IMG/VR virus record: IMGVR_UViG_3300024296_000003
Location: 1-54,639 of that record
Origin: a virus
Lineage: Duplodnaviria > Caudoviricetes
DNA: 54,639 nucleotides
Direction: 5' to 3' (one strand)
Positions within the stretch are counted from its first letter, which is position 1. Each line of letters begins with the position of its first letter. A program made the translations under genes and the position numbers. The notes beneath the pieces were generated by a model. That model saw only the letters and a program-made list of their open reading frames with translations. It was not told the DNA's origin and ran no database searches. This document shows, piece after piece, positions 11,325-21,631 of this stretch.

Positions 11325-11969
11325 TTAAACTATTGTATATCCGGTTCCACCTACTAAGTACCAAACTCCATTTCCAAATCCATCATCAACACATAGTAAG
11401 TGAACAGTTTTACCTTGTTCATTTAACTCAATACTAGTACCACCTGGTAATACTAATGGAGTTACTGCACCGGTAATATTAATAACACCAGTCTGTGCTT
11501 CAGAATAGACAAAGAATATTTCTTGACCAATTGTACCATCATTAAGCTGAATAGTTACAGTTGTACCTGTACTATTACCAACCCTTTCAACAGTATATGG
11601 TGGAACAGCTGTACTTGTACCAACTGTAATTACACCAGGTGAACCTGTTGCAAATCCATCATTTAATGTTTGTGGATCAACATCATTTCTGACTAAACCT
11701 CCACCATTTAGGTTTAGGTTTCCTGTCATATTAACATTGGTTAAAACATCGAAGGTTGAAGCATTAATATCTAATAAGATGGTACTTAAACCTACTCTTA
11801 ATGATTCTGTCTTAACATCATTAAGATTAGTAATAGTACCAGCAGTAGGATTAAAGTAAACCTCCATTGCATTAATTTCACTGGTCAAAATATTGAAGTT
11901 ATCATTCAATACTAGTCTAGACCCAGATAATGAATCTGTTCCAAGAATTTCTGTTACGCTAATTGCCAT
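11325..11969 (-). CDS. Short fibre/baseplate-associated protein, 214 aa
   Basis: N-terminus MAISVTEILGTDSLSGSRLVLNDNF resembles that of the collagen fibre at 1-552; beta-rich body. Confidence 0.5.
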   Translation of the reverse strand: MAISVTEILGTDSLSGSRLVLNDNFNILTSEINAMEVYFNPTAGTITNLNDVKTESLRVGLSTILLDINASTFDVLTNVNMTGNLNLNGGGLVRNDVDPQTLNDGFATGSPGVITVGTSTAVPPYTVERVGNSTGTTVTIQLNDGTIGQEIFFVYSEAQTGVINITGAVTPLVLPGGTSIELNEQGKTVHLLCVDDGFGNGVWYLVGGTGYTIV

Positions 11970-11978
11970 TTCTTTTGT

Positions 11979-14900
11979 TTATTTAATTACTAGGATATTT
12001 CTACCCTTTTTATATTTATTCCCATTCGTATCTGTAAGTTCAAGGGTGATTTCATATTTCCCTGGTTGCTTAAACAGATAAGTTAAGTATTTACTCTCAA
12101 AATATATATCGGCCATGTTTGAGTTAGTTGTATTCTTAATAATCCATCTAGGATTGGCCTTTCCTGGAATTTTACATTTATCATAAACAAACATCAACCA
12201 ACTCATTTTAGGTAATACTTTTCCATCATTAATAAATTTAGCAGTATTCCATGTAGGGTTACTTGCTTTATGTAACCCTTTTCTATAAATTAAACTAGGG
12301 CAGTCTAAGGTACCTGTAGGGAATGGTACTCCAGTTACTCCAGTTGAAGGGCATACTCTACTTCCGTTTGCGTGTATAATATCAATATATAACCAATCAC
12401 CATGTACACCGAAATATCTACAGACCGCTTGTATAAATTTTTGGTTACTAGAAGCATCGTAGACTACATTATAAACATACTTATTAATAATTCTATTTGT
12501 ACTAGTATTTAAGCCTGCTGCTGCTTGTGCTAATGTAGTAGTATTTATATCAAAATAATGCTCTGCGGTTTCACCATTAACATCTGTAATTTTTAAATAT
12601 GTTTCAGGCACAACTTCTTTAAATTGAAAGAAAGCAGGAGTATCACCTGTCGTGCTTGTCATATCCCACCACAGATGATATGTATCATTCCATCCACCTA
12701 CATTTAAATTATCCCATCTATATGGACCAGAAAAACTAGCCTTACCATCATCTTGGTAATTTAATAATTGAAAATCAGGAGAAGAACCTAAACCAAAATT
12801 ATTTAAAATAGCATTAACTCTATCAAGAGATGCATATAAACTAGGAGTTTCTTCTTCCCATGTTATTTTAGGTTCTATAGGTAAATTCCATAAAGATCCA
12901 TAATTATTCCAAATATATTTTGCTTCGCTATTCCAAGTATAGTTTTCCTTTCTGGATTGATACCATCCTGAATATTCTACTTCTCTACTTTCAACACAAA
13001 TAAAATCATTCTTAACGTGCGATGAAATGTTATTATATAGGTCATAGAGTTTCATTTCTACACTATAAATTCCAACATACGGTAATATTAATGGGAGTTT
13101 ATTATACTGGGATAATGGGCCTCTAAATACCCTGAAGTATTCCGGTGAAACATCAGTAGCTTCCTTATGTATAGTCCATTCTATTTCCTCAAAGTTACCT
13201 CGCTCAATCCCATCCCATGTAAATAATGTTTCACCAGGTAATTGATTAAACAATAATTCAGAACCATAGGCAGATTCACAAGTTAGAGTTAATCTGTCTA
13301 CGTTTTGACCAAATAATCTAATCACATCTCCAGTTACTCCAGTCTCTTTTGATATATCCCAAAACACCCATGGGTCAATGAATGTAGTCTTTAATGCTAT
13401 TAACTGATTATAGAGTTCATTTCTAACATCAGTTTCAGTATCACCAGGTAAAGCTGTATAAGTAGCACCTGTATTTGTAATAGGATCATTAATAGTAAAA
13501 ACATCCCCAGCGGTTACTCCTTGTGGATCAATATCAAAAGTAAAAAATTTATTAGCATCATTTAATTGATTCCATGTTGAATCCACATTATCCCATGTAA
13601 TATTATTAAATGAAGTATTTTCTAATACTGTCATGGCACCAACAGGAATACCAGGCTTATCCGGTAAATAATATGATGATTCCCCATCTGGCCACGCACC
13701 TACTCTATTAAGTTTAGGTGCATATCTTGTAAAGTAAGCTAGAAATGCATCAGCTAAACCTTGCACAGTAACATTACTCCCATCAAACGGTTCTCCTAGA
13801 GGGCCATTAAAATCAGGCCCTATTGGTGATGGTGGATAATCAGTACCTGTATTAATTGGACCTATTACAATATTTCTTCCTATATTATTTGCAGAATTAA
13901 GAGGTGCAATATATGCATTACAATAATTAATAATTGCTTCATCTACAATTGCTTCAGATGCTAGACAAAAAGAACTAAATGATCTAAGATCTTCCATGTA
14001 AATACAATCATCTGTTGATAATTTAAAACTTGCATCAATACCTGCAGTTATCTCTTTTTTATCATTTCTGCTTAAAGTATTTACAACCTCTAATAAACCA
14101 AAGAAGTCAGCCTCACCTGTAATATCTTTAATTCTAGCGTTTAAAGGTAAAAATTCATTTTCTAATTTTTTCTTAAGACCAAATAACTTTAACAGAATTT
14201 CCTCAATAGTAAAATCATAATTTTCTTCAGTTAAAGGTAGATCTTCTTCATCGTATCTATCAGGAATAATTTCATTAATTCTATAAACTAAACTAAATAA
14301 ACTAGTTTTTCTAAATTTTTTATTAGGTAATGTTATTGACCTATCATTATAATTAACTACAGGATCAAATAAAGCAATATTATTACTTTGTATGTATTTA
14401 CCAAACTGTGGTGAATTGGCATCAACATTTTTCCAAAACTCTTTTACTTGTAAGGTATCATATCCGAAAAATTTAATAGCATTAATAAGTCCCTTGTAAG
14501 AACCTATGAAAGGATAAACATTAGAGCCTTCTAACATTATTTCTTTTCTCTTTAAATTTACTTCCTCAAAATCAGGTAATAATTCCTTTATATTAGTATT
14601 TCTAAATATGTCACTATCTGATTCCAAAATATTATAACCCATATTCTGAGTCATTACCGATAATCTTTCATCCTCACCGATAGTTTCACCCCAAACCAAA
14701 ACTTCAGCAATAATTGTATCTGTGCATTCATCTTTGATTAATAATGTTCTTTTAAAAGTATTTTCAGTTTCAGATCTTATTGCCAAGTTAATCTGTAATG
14801 CCTCAGATCTAATTTTATCTGTAATGATATATCCTTCTGGGCTAACCGCATAACTAGGATCACCGTCTAACGATATTTGTAATTCTGATAAAATTTGCAA

Positions 14901-15269
14901 AGGTTGCCCATCCTGTTCTTGTACCAATGCACTTTGTGTACCTGTATTAAAATCTGTATTAAATTGAAATAATAAAATTTCTGTAGGGTTAGAAGTTTCC
15001 CAGTCTACTAACCAATTGCATATTCCATTTGTAGAGCCAGTAGTTCCTGTTACTACCTCTAACCCATGTGGAAACCCAAACTGCTTGGTGTTGGTATTTT
15101 TATTTATAAATTCCTGGAGAATAAATATTTGACCTACTTCAAATAAACCAATAGATACCTCAGGTAAATAAATAGACCCATACCACCTATCGGAAGAAGA
15201 ATCATATTCAAAATTATAATTCTTTCCATTCTTATCAAAGAAATTCAAATATTGCCAGTTGTTAGCCAT
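11979..15269 (-). CDS. Baseplate wedge-like protein with PKD/Ig-like domains, 1096 aa
   Basis: GSYKGLINAIKFFGY resembles the KGT-x-x-x-I-x-x-x-x-x-x-FG motif of gp7/P2 gpI-like wedge proteins; PKD-like segments (GIYSVEMKLYDLYNN; FKQPGKYEITLELTDTNGN); near gp6-like gene. Confidence 0.55.
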   Translation of the reverse strand: MANNWQYLNFFDKNGKNYNFEYDSSSDRWYGSIYLPEVSIGLFEVGQIFILQEFINKNTNTKQFGFPHGLEVVTGTTGSTNGICNWLVDWETSNPTEILLFQFNTDFNTGTQSALVQEQDGQPLQILSELQISLDGDPSYAVSPEGYIITDKIRSEALQINLAIRSETENTFKRTLLIKDECTDTIIAEVLVWGETIGEDERLSVMTQNMGYNILESDSDIFRNTNIKELLPDFEEVNLKRKEIMLEGSNVYPFIGSYKGLINAIKFFGYDTLQVKEFWKNVDANSPQFGKYIQSNNIALFDPVVNYNDRSITLPNKKFRKTSLFSLVYRINEIIPDRYDEEDLPLTEENYDFTIEEILLKLFGLKKKLENEFLPLNARIKDITGEADFFGLLEVVNTLSRNDKKEITAGIDASFKLSTDDCIYMEDLRSFSSFCLASEAIVDEAIINYCNAYIAPLNSANNIGRNIVIGPINTGTDYPPSPIGPDFNGPLGEPFDGSNVTVQGLADAFLAYFTRYAPKLNRVGAWPDGESSYYLPDKPGIPVGAMTVLENTSFNNITWDNVDSTWNQLNDANKFFTFDIDPQGVTAGDVFTINDPITNTGATYTALPGDTETDVRNELYNQLIALKTTFIDPWVFWDISKETGVTGDVIRLFGQNVDRLTLTCESAYGSELLFNQLPGETLFTWDGIERGNFEEIEWTIHKEATDVSPEYFRVFRGPLSQYNKLPLILPYVGIYSVEMKLYDLYNNISSHVKNDFICVESREVEYSGWYQSRKENYTWNSEAKYIWNNYGSLWNLPIEPKITWEEETPSLYASLDRVNAILNNFGLGSSPDFQLLNYQDDGKASFSGPYRWDNLNVGGWNDTYHLWWDMTSTTGDTPAFFQFKEVVPETYLKITDVNGETAEHYFDINTTTLAQAAAGLNTSTNRIINKYVYNVVYDASSNQKFIQAVCRYFGVHGDWLYIDIIHANGSRVCPSTGVTGVPFPTGTLDCPSLIYRKGLHKASNPTWNTAKFINDGKVLPKMSWLMFVYDKCKIPGKANPRWIIKNTTNSNMADIYFESKYLTYLFKQPGKYEITLELTDTNGNKYKKGRNILVIK

Positions 15270-15270
15270 C

Positions 15271-15540
15271 TTAGTTTATTTTTTGATAATCTTTAGGTAC
15301 TCCAAAATTATAATATATTCTAAGGTACTTAACTTTATTAATCCAAAATGTCATGATAGGTTTTAAATAAGAATCTATAAAGGTACCAAGTCTTTCATTT
15401 CTAAACATATAATTAGAAAACGAATTTCTCATTAAATTTTCATTATAGTCATTACCTTGGTTTTTAAGAATCCAACCTTCCTCATAAGTTGCTTTATAAA
15501 CGCTTGGCATACCTGTCCTTTTTTCTGTAAACTTATTCAT
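15271..15540 (-). CDS. Small baseplate-region protein, 89 aa
   Basis: Tightly packed ORF between gp6-like and wedge-like genes. Confidence 0.5.
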   Translation of the reverse strand: MNKFTEKRTGMPSVYKATYEEGWILKNQGNDYNENLMRNSFSNYMFRNERLGTFIDSYLKPIMTFWINKVKYLRIYYNFGVPKDYQKIN

Positions 15541-15541
15541 A

Positions 15542-17401
15542 TTACTTTCCTTGTATTGCTTTTAGTGTTGGGTTATCTTTTAACCTTCCAGTATTTGTAC
15601 TTCTTGAATTTCCTGATGTTGCAATAGTAGTACCTCTATTTCTCTTTAAATCTTGAAACTTAGATTGTTGAGTTTTATTATAAAGGTTATTTGGAATAGT
15701 ACCTTTAAAGAATATATTAAGAGAACTTATACCATTTTTGTTTGGTGTTGCTTCATAGAATGTACCGTTACGATCTTCCCAACCGCCTCTTACTATTGCT
15801 AAATCTTCAGGGCCGATAACGACATCACCAAATTCATCTAATCCTAGTTGAGGATCTTCTCCTTCTTTGATCTCAACCTTTTTACTTTCTATTAATACTT
15901 TTTGGTCTGTTACCGGATCTGTGCCGTATGTTGGTACTTCATAAAACCCATCTCTGATTGCTTTTTCATTTTCTTCTGAGATAAAGAATACATTTACTGA
16001 ATCTACACCATCTACATTTTCAATAATTGAAATAATATCCGATCTAGGAATTCTATCTCTTCTATTAATGTATATAAAATAAGTACTCAATTGTTCTCTT
16101 ATAGCTGCATGTATTTCATCTTTATCAAAACCTTCTACATATCTTATTACAATGTTCAGCGCATACCTTTTAATTATTGGGTCATTAATTCTAACCTCAG
16201 CAGTAACGATCTGTCTACCGCTCTGGTTTAATATTTCATATACCATTTCCTTTTCATCAGGTGTCATAGAGAATTCTTCTACCGGTACATTAAAATAATC
16301 CTTATCACTAGTTATCTTCTTAGCAATGTTAGGTATTAAAAATAAGTATACAATATTATCATCATCTAAATATTCATCATCCTTTGTATTATAGGCATCT
16401 ACAAAAGAAAAGAAATCATATTTACTTAAATAATAAATGTAGTTATTTGGGTTTGCCAATACAAATGAATTACTTTGGTAAGGTGCAATCAGCCTAGTAA
16501 AAGCTGGATCTTCACTATCAGATCCAAACATAGGGTTTCTTACAATGTTTAATGATAGTACTTCATTAAGATCAACATCCTGACCAGTAGGATCTGTTGC
16601 AGGATCTTTAAACTTAATATCTAAATTTTTACCTCCAATATTACCAGCTGATCCTCTAGTCTTTACATAAGTAACTTTAATAATAGATCCTAGGGCAGGC
16701 GGTTGACCAAATTGTTTGTTACCAAAGAAAATTGTTAAACCTCCATTTACACTAGTTTTAACCATTACAGTTTCCTCGCCATTATTCATGTCATATAATG
16801 AATTTACATTTTTCCATAATTTACCATCAACATGAACATCTACCATATATTGATCAGTAGGATCTTTTGTGGTTAGATTATAACTCTGTAAATCCTCACC
16901 AGTACCTGTAAATGTTTGGTCTTCAATTTCACCTTGTATTAACTCTACATTTACAAACTGCCTTGTAGATTTTTCTAATCTAATATAATCACTATCAAAT
17001 TTTATAAAATATGACAAACTGTTTTGCCCTATCTCACATTCAGCATAATTAAGTATTTGTACATAATCACCTTCAACTAAAGTAGATGCAGATGTATTAA
17101 GTCTAAGTCCTATGATACCTTGTGCTGATATTCCTCTAGTAGGATCGTGCCCTGTTAATCTTGAAAGACCGTAGATGGATTCTATATTTCTGGCTCTACT
17201 AATATTAAGCTCCGTTGCAACAGCTTCTATGTAAAACATAATAAGCTCGCCTAAGTTAGCAACAACGGTAAGTATTTGACCGAACGGTGATGCAGGGGTA
17301 AATACTTCACCAGCTTGTTCGTATTGGCGCTGTAAATATTGGAATGCATCAAAGAATAACTCTGTTGCTTTAATTCGTGTTTTACTAAAAAATGACATCA
17401 A
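15542..17401 (-). CDS. Baseplate wedge protein, T4 gp6/baseplate J-like
   Basis: N-terminal ELNISRARNIESIYGLSRLTGHDP; IFFGNKQFGQPPALGSIIKVTYVKTRGSAGN; SDIISIIENVDGVDSV; follows gp25-like gene. Confidence 0.8.
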   Translation of the reverse strand: MMSFFSKTRIKATELFFDAFQYLQRQYEQAGEVFTPASPFGQILTVVANLGELIMFYIEAVATELNISRARNIESIYGLSRLTGHDPTRGISAQGIIGLRLNTSASTLVEGDYVQILNYAECEIGQNSLSYFIKFDSDYIRLEKSTRQFVNVELIQGEIEDQTFTGTGEDLQSYNLTTKDPTDQYMVDVHVDGKLWKNVNSLYDMNNGEETVMVKTSVNGGLTIFFGNKQFGQPPALGSIIKVTYVKTRGSAGNIGGKNLDIKFKDPATDPTGQDVDLNEVLSLNIVRNPMFGSDSEDPAFTRLIAPYQSNSFVLANPNNYIYYLSKYDFFSFVDAYNTKDDEYLDDDNIVYLFLIPNIAKKITSDKDYFNVPVEEFSMTPDEKEMVYEILNQSGRQIVTAEVRINDPIIKRYALNIVIRYVEGFDKDEIHAAIREQLSTYFIYINRRDRIPRSDIISIIENVDGVDSVNVFFISEENEKAIRDGFYEVPTYGTDPVTDQKVLIESKKVEIKEGEDPQLGLDEFGDVVIGPEDLAIVRGGWEDRNGTFYEATPNKNGISSLNIFFKGTIPNNLYNKTQQSKFQDLKRNRGTTIATSGNSRSTNTGRLKDNPTLKAIQGK

Positions 17402-17412
17402 CTATTCTATTT

Positions 17413-17778
17413 TTAAAATAAAGCCCCAATGACTCTTTGTTCGTTTACATAAATATCAACCAAACAACCGTTCCTTTCAATTGTGCTGTAAAAACTTACT
17501 CTCGTATCAACACCAAATTGAGAACTGCTACTGTTTAAGCAATATGATTGAATCTGACTATTAATCTTTTGAGCAATTACAGATTCATTTAAAACCAAAG
17601 AAAAGACAAGATCATCTAAATTACATCCTAAATTAGGAGCACCTAGAACATCACCTTGTCTTGTAAATAAACAGTTTTCTATCTTCAGAATAAGTTGTTG
17701 TAGCTCATCTGTTACCTCAATTACATCATCATTGTATTTTGGGGCATCCACATCTCTACTGTATATTTCTTTAATCAT
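17413..17778 (-). CDS. Baseplate wedge subunit, T4 gp25-like
   Basis: IENCLFTRQGDVLGAPNLGCNLDDLVF matches the gp25/GPW pattern; size 121 aa; upstream of gp6-like gene. Confidence 0.8.
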   Translation of the reverse strand: MIKEIYSRDVDAPKYNDDVIEVTDELQQLILKIENCLFTRQGDVLGAPNLGCNLDDLVFSLVLNESVIAQKINSQIQSYCLNSSSSQFGVDTRVSFYSTIERNGCLVDIYVNEQRVIGALF

Positions 17779-17835
17779 TGAGAATATTCTTTTATTATAT
17801 ATTCTCTACATTTTTTGAGGGTCTTAGATTATATT

Positions 17836-18702
17836 TTATCCTGTGAAAAAGTAATCAACACCTTCATCACCTTTTATCTCTTCTACTACAGCATCAACTT
17901 CTTCACGGCCCTCGCCTGAAATTAAGTCATAGTTAATTGTAATATTACCAGGTAAATTAAATGTAAAGGTTCCAACTATTCTAGCTAATTGGATTTTAGC
18001 CATACCAATACAGTATCTTATAAATGCCTCATCTTGAAAAAGATCACAATCAGGAATAGTATTATAAACCTGAAATATGCATGCACCATATTTAGGTAAC
18101 TCTCCCTGAAATCTGAATTTTTTAGTTAGTCTATTATAACTGTATGATATCTGAGCCTGTAAAGCCTGTCTTGCGTTATCAATATATTTTGAATTTATTA
18201 CATAGTACATTAATTCTTCAGAACCTATCCCTGCACCATATACATCAGAGTATATAAATTTATCTAATGAAAAGTCAACATCACCAGCTGAAAATGAATT
18301 ACTACCAAAACCACCGTCTTCACCAGAAAATCCACCTATTTGAAATACATTATTTACTGCCCAAACAGTTGGAGGCATTTTTACAACACCTCTAGGATTA
18401 TTTACATCCTTTTCTGATAACTTATTATGATCAGCGCCACTAGTATCATTATGACTAATACCTTGTCTAAAATCTTTTTCTTGCCATGCAGATCTAGGTA
18501 AAGCAATAAACATTTCTTCTACACTGTCTTCATATATTTTATAAAAATAATCTTTAGCCCTATTTATAATATGAGCCAATTCTTTTTTAGGTACTGTAAA
18601 AGGTATCTGACAACCTACTGTTAAGTCATCGTTAATTTCTTTAATCAATGCGTCCAAACATTCTTGTGAATCTGGGTTACACCAAGTTTTGTTCCTAGCC
18701 AT
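17836..18702 (-). CDS. Neck/head-completion protein, T4 gp13-like
   Basis: C-terminal YCIGMAKIQLARIVGTFTFNLPGNITINYDLISGEGREEV resembles the gp13 LPGGVTLNG motif; HIINRAKDYFYKIY N-terminal helix. Confidence 0.7.
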   Translation of the reverse strand: MARNKTWCNPDSQECLDALIKEINDDLTVGCQIPFTVPKKELAHIINRAKDYFYKIYEDSVEEMFIALPRSAWQEKDFRQGISHNDTSGADHNKLSEKDVNNPRGVVKMPPTVWAVNNVFQIGGFSGEDGGFGSNSFSAGDVDFSLDKFIYSDVYGAGIGSEELMYYVINSKYIDNARQALQAQISYSYNRLTKKFRFQGELPKYGACIFQVYNTIPDCDLFQDEAFIRYCIGMAKIQLARIVGTFTFNLPGNITINYDLISGEGREEVDAVVEEIKGDEGVDYFFTG

Positions 18703-18706
18703 ATCT

Positions 18707-20005
18707 TTACTTAATTTTTTCTATTTCTATTACTTCGGTTTTATCACCAAACCTTGCAAGTTTTGTTGCTCGCCCATGTCTAAAAATGCCACCAATCATT
18801 TCTCCGCTAAAAACTCCTCTCTTACCAAATACATAACTGTCCTGGCATACAACATTTCTACTTACATAAGATTCTTCTATTTTACAATCTTCAGCTACAG
18901 TGGCACCAAAAAGATTTGATTCAAATACAGATGCATTCTTTAAATCACAACCAAAGATATCACAGTTAACTATGTTACCTTGAATAACAGAATCTACAAT
19001 ATCAACTCCGCTTATTTCAAAACACCTCATTAATTTGGCATCCTTTATTTGCATTCTACCAGTATCAGCATCATAATTAATTAAACCTTCATTCATATCA
19101 GCCTTTGTAATTAAATCAAAAATCTTTTCTCTAATTTTAGGATAATACATTTCAACAATTTGATCATATGTTTGGAGGTCAATCATTAAATGAATGTTCG
19201 GAAACTTTTCTTTAAACGAAGAATATGTTCGGTAAGATTCAATAACAGTTTTATGTTTTTCTAAAATCTTATCTAAAACTTTTAAATCTGTTTCGTTATA
19301 TTGTGGGTTAACTAACGTTTCATATAATGAAGTAATAAAATGCTCGGTCATTGAAAGTATTGTAGAATACTTCTTTTCATAATCAGCACCACCAAGATAT
19401 CTAAATTCAATATAGCCTTTTTGTAGCTTCTCAAAATTAATACCATAATACTTCTCTTTAACAAACATATAGTTTTTCCAAAGATTTTTTTCTGGTGATG
19501 GTTGAGTCATTCCACTCAAAGGTACAATAAATTTTATTGATTTTGCATAAACAGAATCTTTTCTATTTGGGAAAGCTTCATATACTTTGCTTTCATCAAA
19601 ATTAAGTACAAATTTACCTACATCTAATTTTGACATATTAACAATAGGACCTAGTTTCTTTCCATCAAATGCAATGTTAATATGAATAGAACATCTTTCA
19701 TTAGTCTTTCCGTTTTCCCTAATCCATTTTAATGTTTTAGCCATAACTAATTTAGCTTCAACGAATGGTAAAGGTCCAGTTACCAATTCTATCATTCCAG
19801 TTCCACCGGAATTATCTGGTTCTAATTTAAAAGTATCTTCTGTTGGAGCAAAGTCACTATGTGCCTTTTCCTCTATTCTGATTTTCTTGTTTAAAGCCCT
19901 GCTTAAACCATCCTTAGTGAGGTCAAGATTTTCATTTGAAAAGAACTCAAATTCAAAACCTATCTTTGAAGAATGTATAGCATTAAGTTGTTCGTTAGAA
20001 TACAT
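18707..20005 (-). CDS. Putative amidoligase (COOH-NH2 ligase, Amidoligase_2-like) with C-terminal beta-helix-like repeats
   Basis: Motifs IGFEFEF, IELVTGPL, NERCSIHINI, KYYGINF, YIEFRYLGG; C-terminal repetitive I/V-x-x-S/C strands. Confidence 0.7.
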   Translation of the reverse strand: MYSNEQLNAIHSSKIGFEFEFFSNENLDLTKDGLSRALNKKIRIEEKAHSDFAPTEDTFKLEPDNSGGTGMIELVTGPLPFVEAKLVMAKTLKWIRENGKTNERCSIHINIAFDGKKLGPIVNMSKLDVGKFVLNFDESKVYEAFPNRKDSVYAKSIKFIVPLSGMTQPSPEKNLWKNYMFVKEKYYGINFEKLQKGYIEFRYLGGADYEKKYSTILSMTEHFITSLYETLVNPQYNETDLKVLDKILEKHKTVIESYRTYSSFKEKFPNIHLMIDLQTYDQIVEMYYPKIREKIFDLITKADMNEGLINYDADTGRMQIKDAKLMRCFEISGVDIVDSVIQGNIVNCDIFGCDLKNASVFESNLFGATVAEDCKIEESYVSRNVVCQDSYVFGKRGVFSGEMIGGIFRHGRATKLARFGDKTEVIEIEKIK

Positions 20006-20047
20006 ATTTATCCTGATTTGTTTATATATTCCAAACCAGGATATAGG

Positions 20048-21220
20048 TTATACTAAGTTCATGGTAATCTTTCGGTCACTAACATTAACACTTCCAATCT
20101 TAACATTAATAGTATCACCTTTACTAAGTTCAATATTCTTTAATTTAGTTTTATGTACTAGGCCACTAATGCCTTTTTCTAATTCAACAAATGCACCGTA
20201 CTTAGTAACTTTAGTAACTTTACCTTCAGTAACCATCATAGGTTTATACTTTTCGTCGGCACCATCCCATAAATCTATTTTAGGACCTGCTTGAGATAAA
20301 ATAATTTTTCTTTCTGAAATTATTTCTTTAGCCCAAAAACTTATCTTATCACCTGGTTTAATATCTCTTTTATCAAATAGTTCTAATGTTTCTTCACCCA
20401 ATTCATTTTTTGGAATAAGACCTGTTAAGCATTCATTAAATTCAGCAAAGACACCAAATTTTGTAGCCCCTGTTACAATACCAGTAATATGTTCTTTAAT
20501 ATTTTCTCTAAGATTTTCAACCGCAGAAGGAATCATCGTTCTTAAGTATTCTCTATGAGATACTACAATTGTTTGTTTTTCATTAGAATATGTTATAGGC
20601 ATTACAATTAATTCTTTACCTACAAGTTTTTCAAAGTTAGTTAATTTATTTAAACCTCCTAGTGAACCTGGCATAAAACATTGAACTCCACCAACGTCTA
20701 CCCAGTAACCACCATGTATAAGTTCCTTTACTTTACCAGTAAATCCTATAGTCTTATCTCCTATAGCATTATAAATTTCTTGTCGTTTTACTTCATCCAT
20801 TGCATCACTGATGGAAGCATATAAAGTTCCTTGTTTAGAATTCTTTACTTTAATATCCACCATCATACCAACTTCTAATTGATCAACGATTTCTTTAGAT
20901 TCTTTGTTTAAAATACAAACAGCAGTATTCTTTTTTGAAATATCAACCAAGGCTTCTACTTTAACTTCAACTTCTTCGCCATCAATTATATCTTTCCTGG
21001 TTTTAATATATGTAATTTCTCCTTGTGTAATATAATTATTAGCTTCTTCAGATAAAGTTAATCTTTTAATTTCTTCATCTGCTAAATCATACATTTTCAT
21101 TACATCAGCAGCATACATTTCAGTACATAATAATTTAGTTCCCTTCGGTACTTGTACCTTTATTGTCTTTGTGTCAAATGGATCGTCACTTAGTTGTACG
21201 GTTATTTCTTGTTCAGTCAT
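20048..21220 (-). CDS. rpsA: Ribosomal protein S1 homologue (3-4 S1/OB domains), 390 aa
   Basis: GGYWVDVGGVQCFMPGS...IVVSHRE; GIVTGATKFGVFAEFNECLTGLIPKNEL; GKVTKVTKYGAFVELEKGISGLVHKTKL...RKITM. Confidence 0.85.
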   Translation of the reverse strand: MTEQEITVQLSDDPFDTKTIKVQVPKGTKLLCTEMYAADVMKMYDLADEEIKRLTLSEEANNYITQGEITYIKTRKDIIDGEEVEVKVEALVDISKKNTAVCILNKESKEIVDQLEVGMMVDIKVKNSKQGTLYASISDAMDEVKRQEIYNAIGDKTIGFTGKVKELIHGGYWVDVGGVQCFMPGSLGGLNKLTNFEKLVGKELIVMPITYSNEKQTIVVSHREYLRTMIPSAVENLRENIKEHITGIVTGATKFGVFAEFNECLTGLIPKNELGEETLELFDKRDIKPGDKISFWAKEIISERKIILSQAGPKIDLWDGADEKYKPMMVTEGKVTKVTKYGAFVELEKGISGLVHKTKLKNIELSKGDTINVKIGSVNVSDRKITMNLV

Positions 21221-21307
21221 TTATTTTTTATTAAAGCGTGATTATAGATTATATATTACCTTGTTGACATATAATAGTTATACATCTTACAGTCCATATT
21301 GTTTAAG

Positions 21308-21601
21308 TTATACAGGAATAATTGGTGGAGATGGTGATGTGGTTGCTCCAGCACCTGCCGGTGGTGGTGCCACTACAAGTTGTCCTGGTGGTACAATTAA
21401 AGTTTGTGATCTTATGTATGCATCGATAGCAGGCCCTGCTATAGCAGCAAAGGCCGCTCCTCCTGCTGCTTTAATTTCAGTTTCAGTAACTATTTCCTTT
21501 GAATTGTCTATGTTAGTCTGAGCAGCTGCCTCCATTGCAGTGATTCCTGCAACAAATGCTGAGTCCATAGCTGCTAATATTATTGATGGTACTAATGGCA
21601 T
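21308..21601 (-). CDS. Small Ala/Pro-rich protein downstream of spike (possible spike-associated protein)
   Basis: 97-aa ORF directly after gp5-like gene; AIDAYIRSQTLIVPPG. Confidence 0.45.
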   Translation of the reverse strand: MPLVPSIILAAMDSAFVAGITAMEAAAQTNIDNSKEIVTETEIKAAGGAAFAAIAGPAIDAYIRSQTLIVPPGQLVVAPPPAGAGATTSPSPPIIPV

Positions 21602-21631
21602 AATTTAATTATTTAATTTATAGTTTATATA

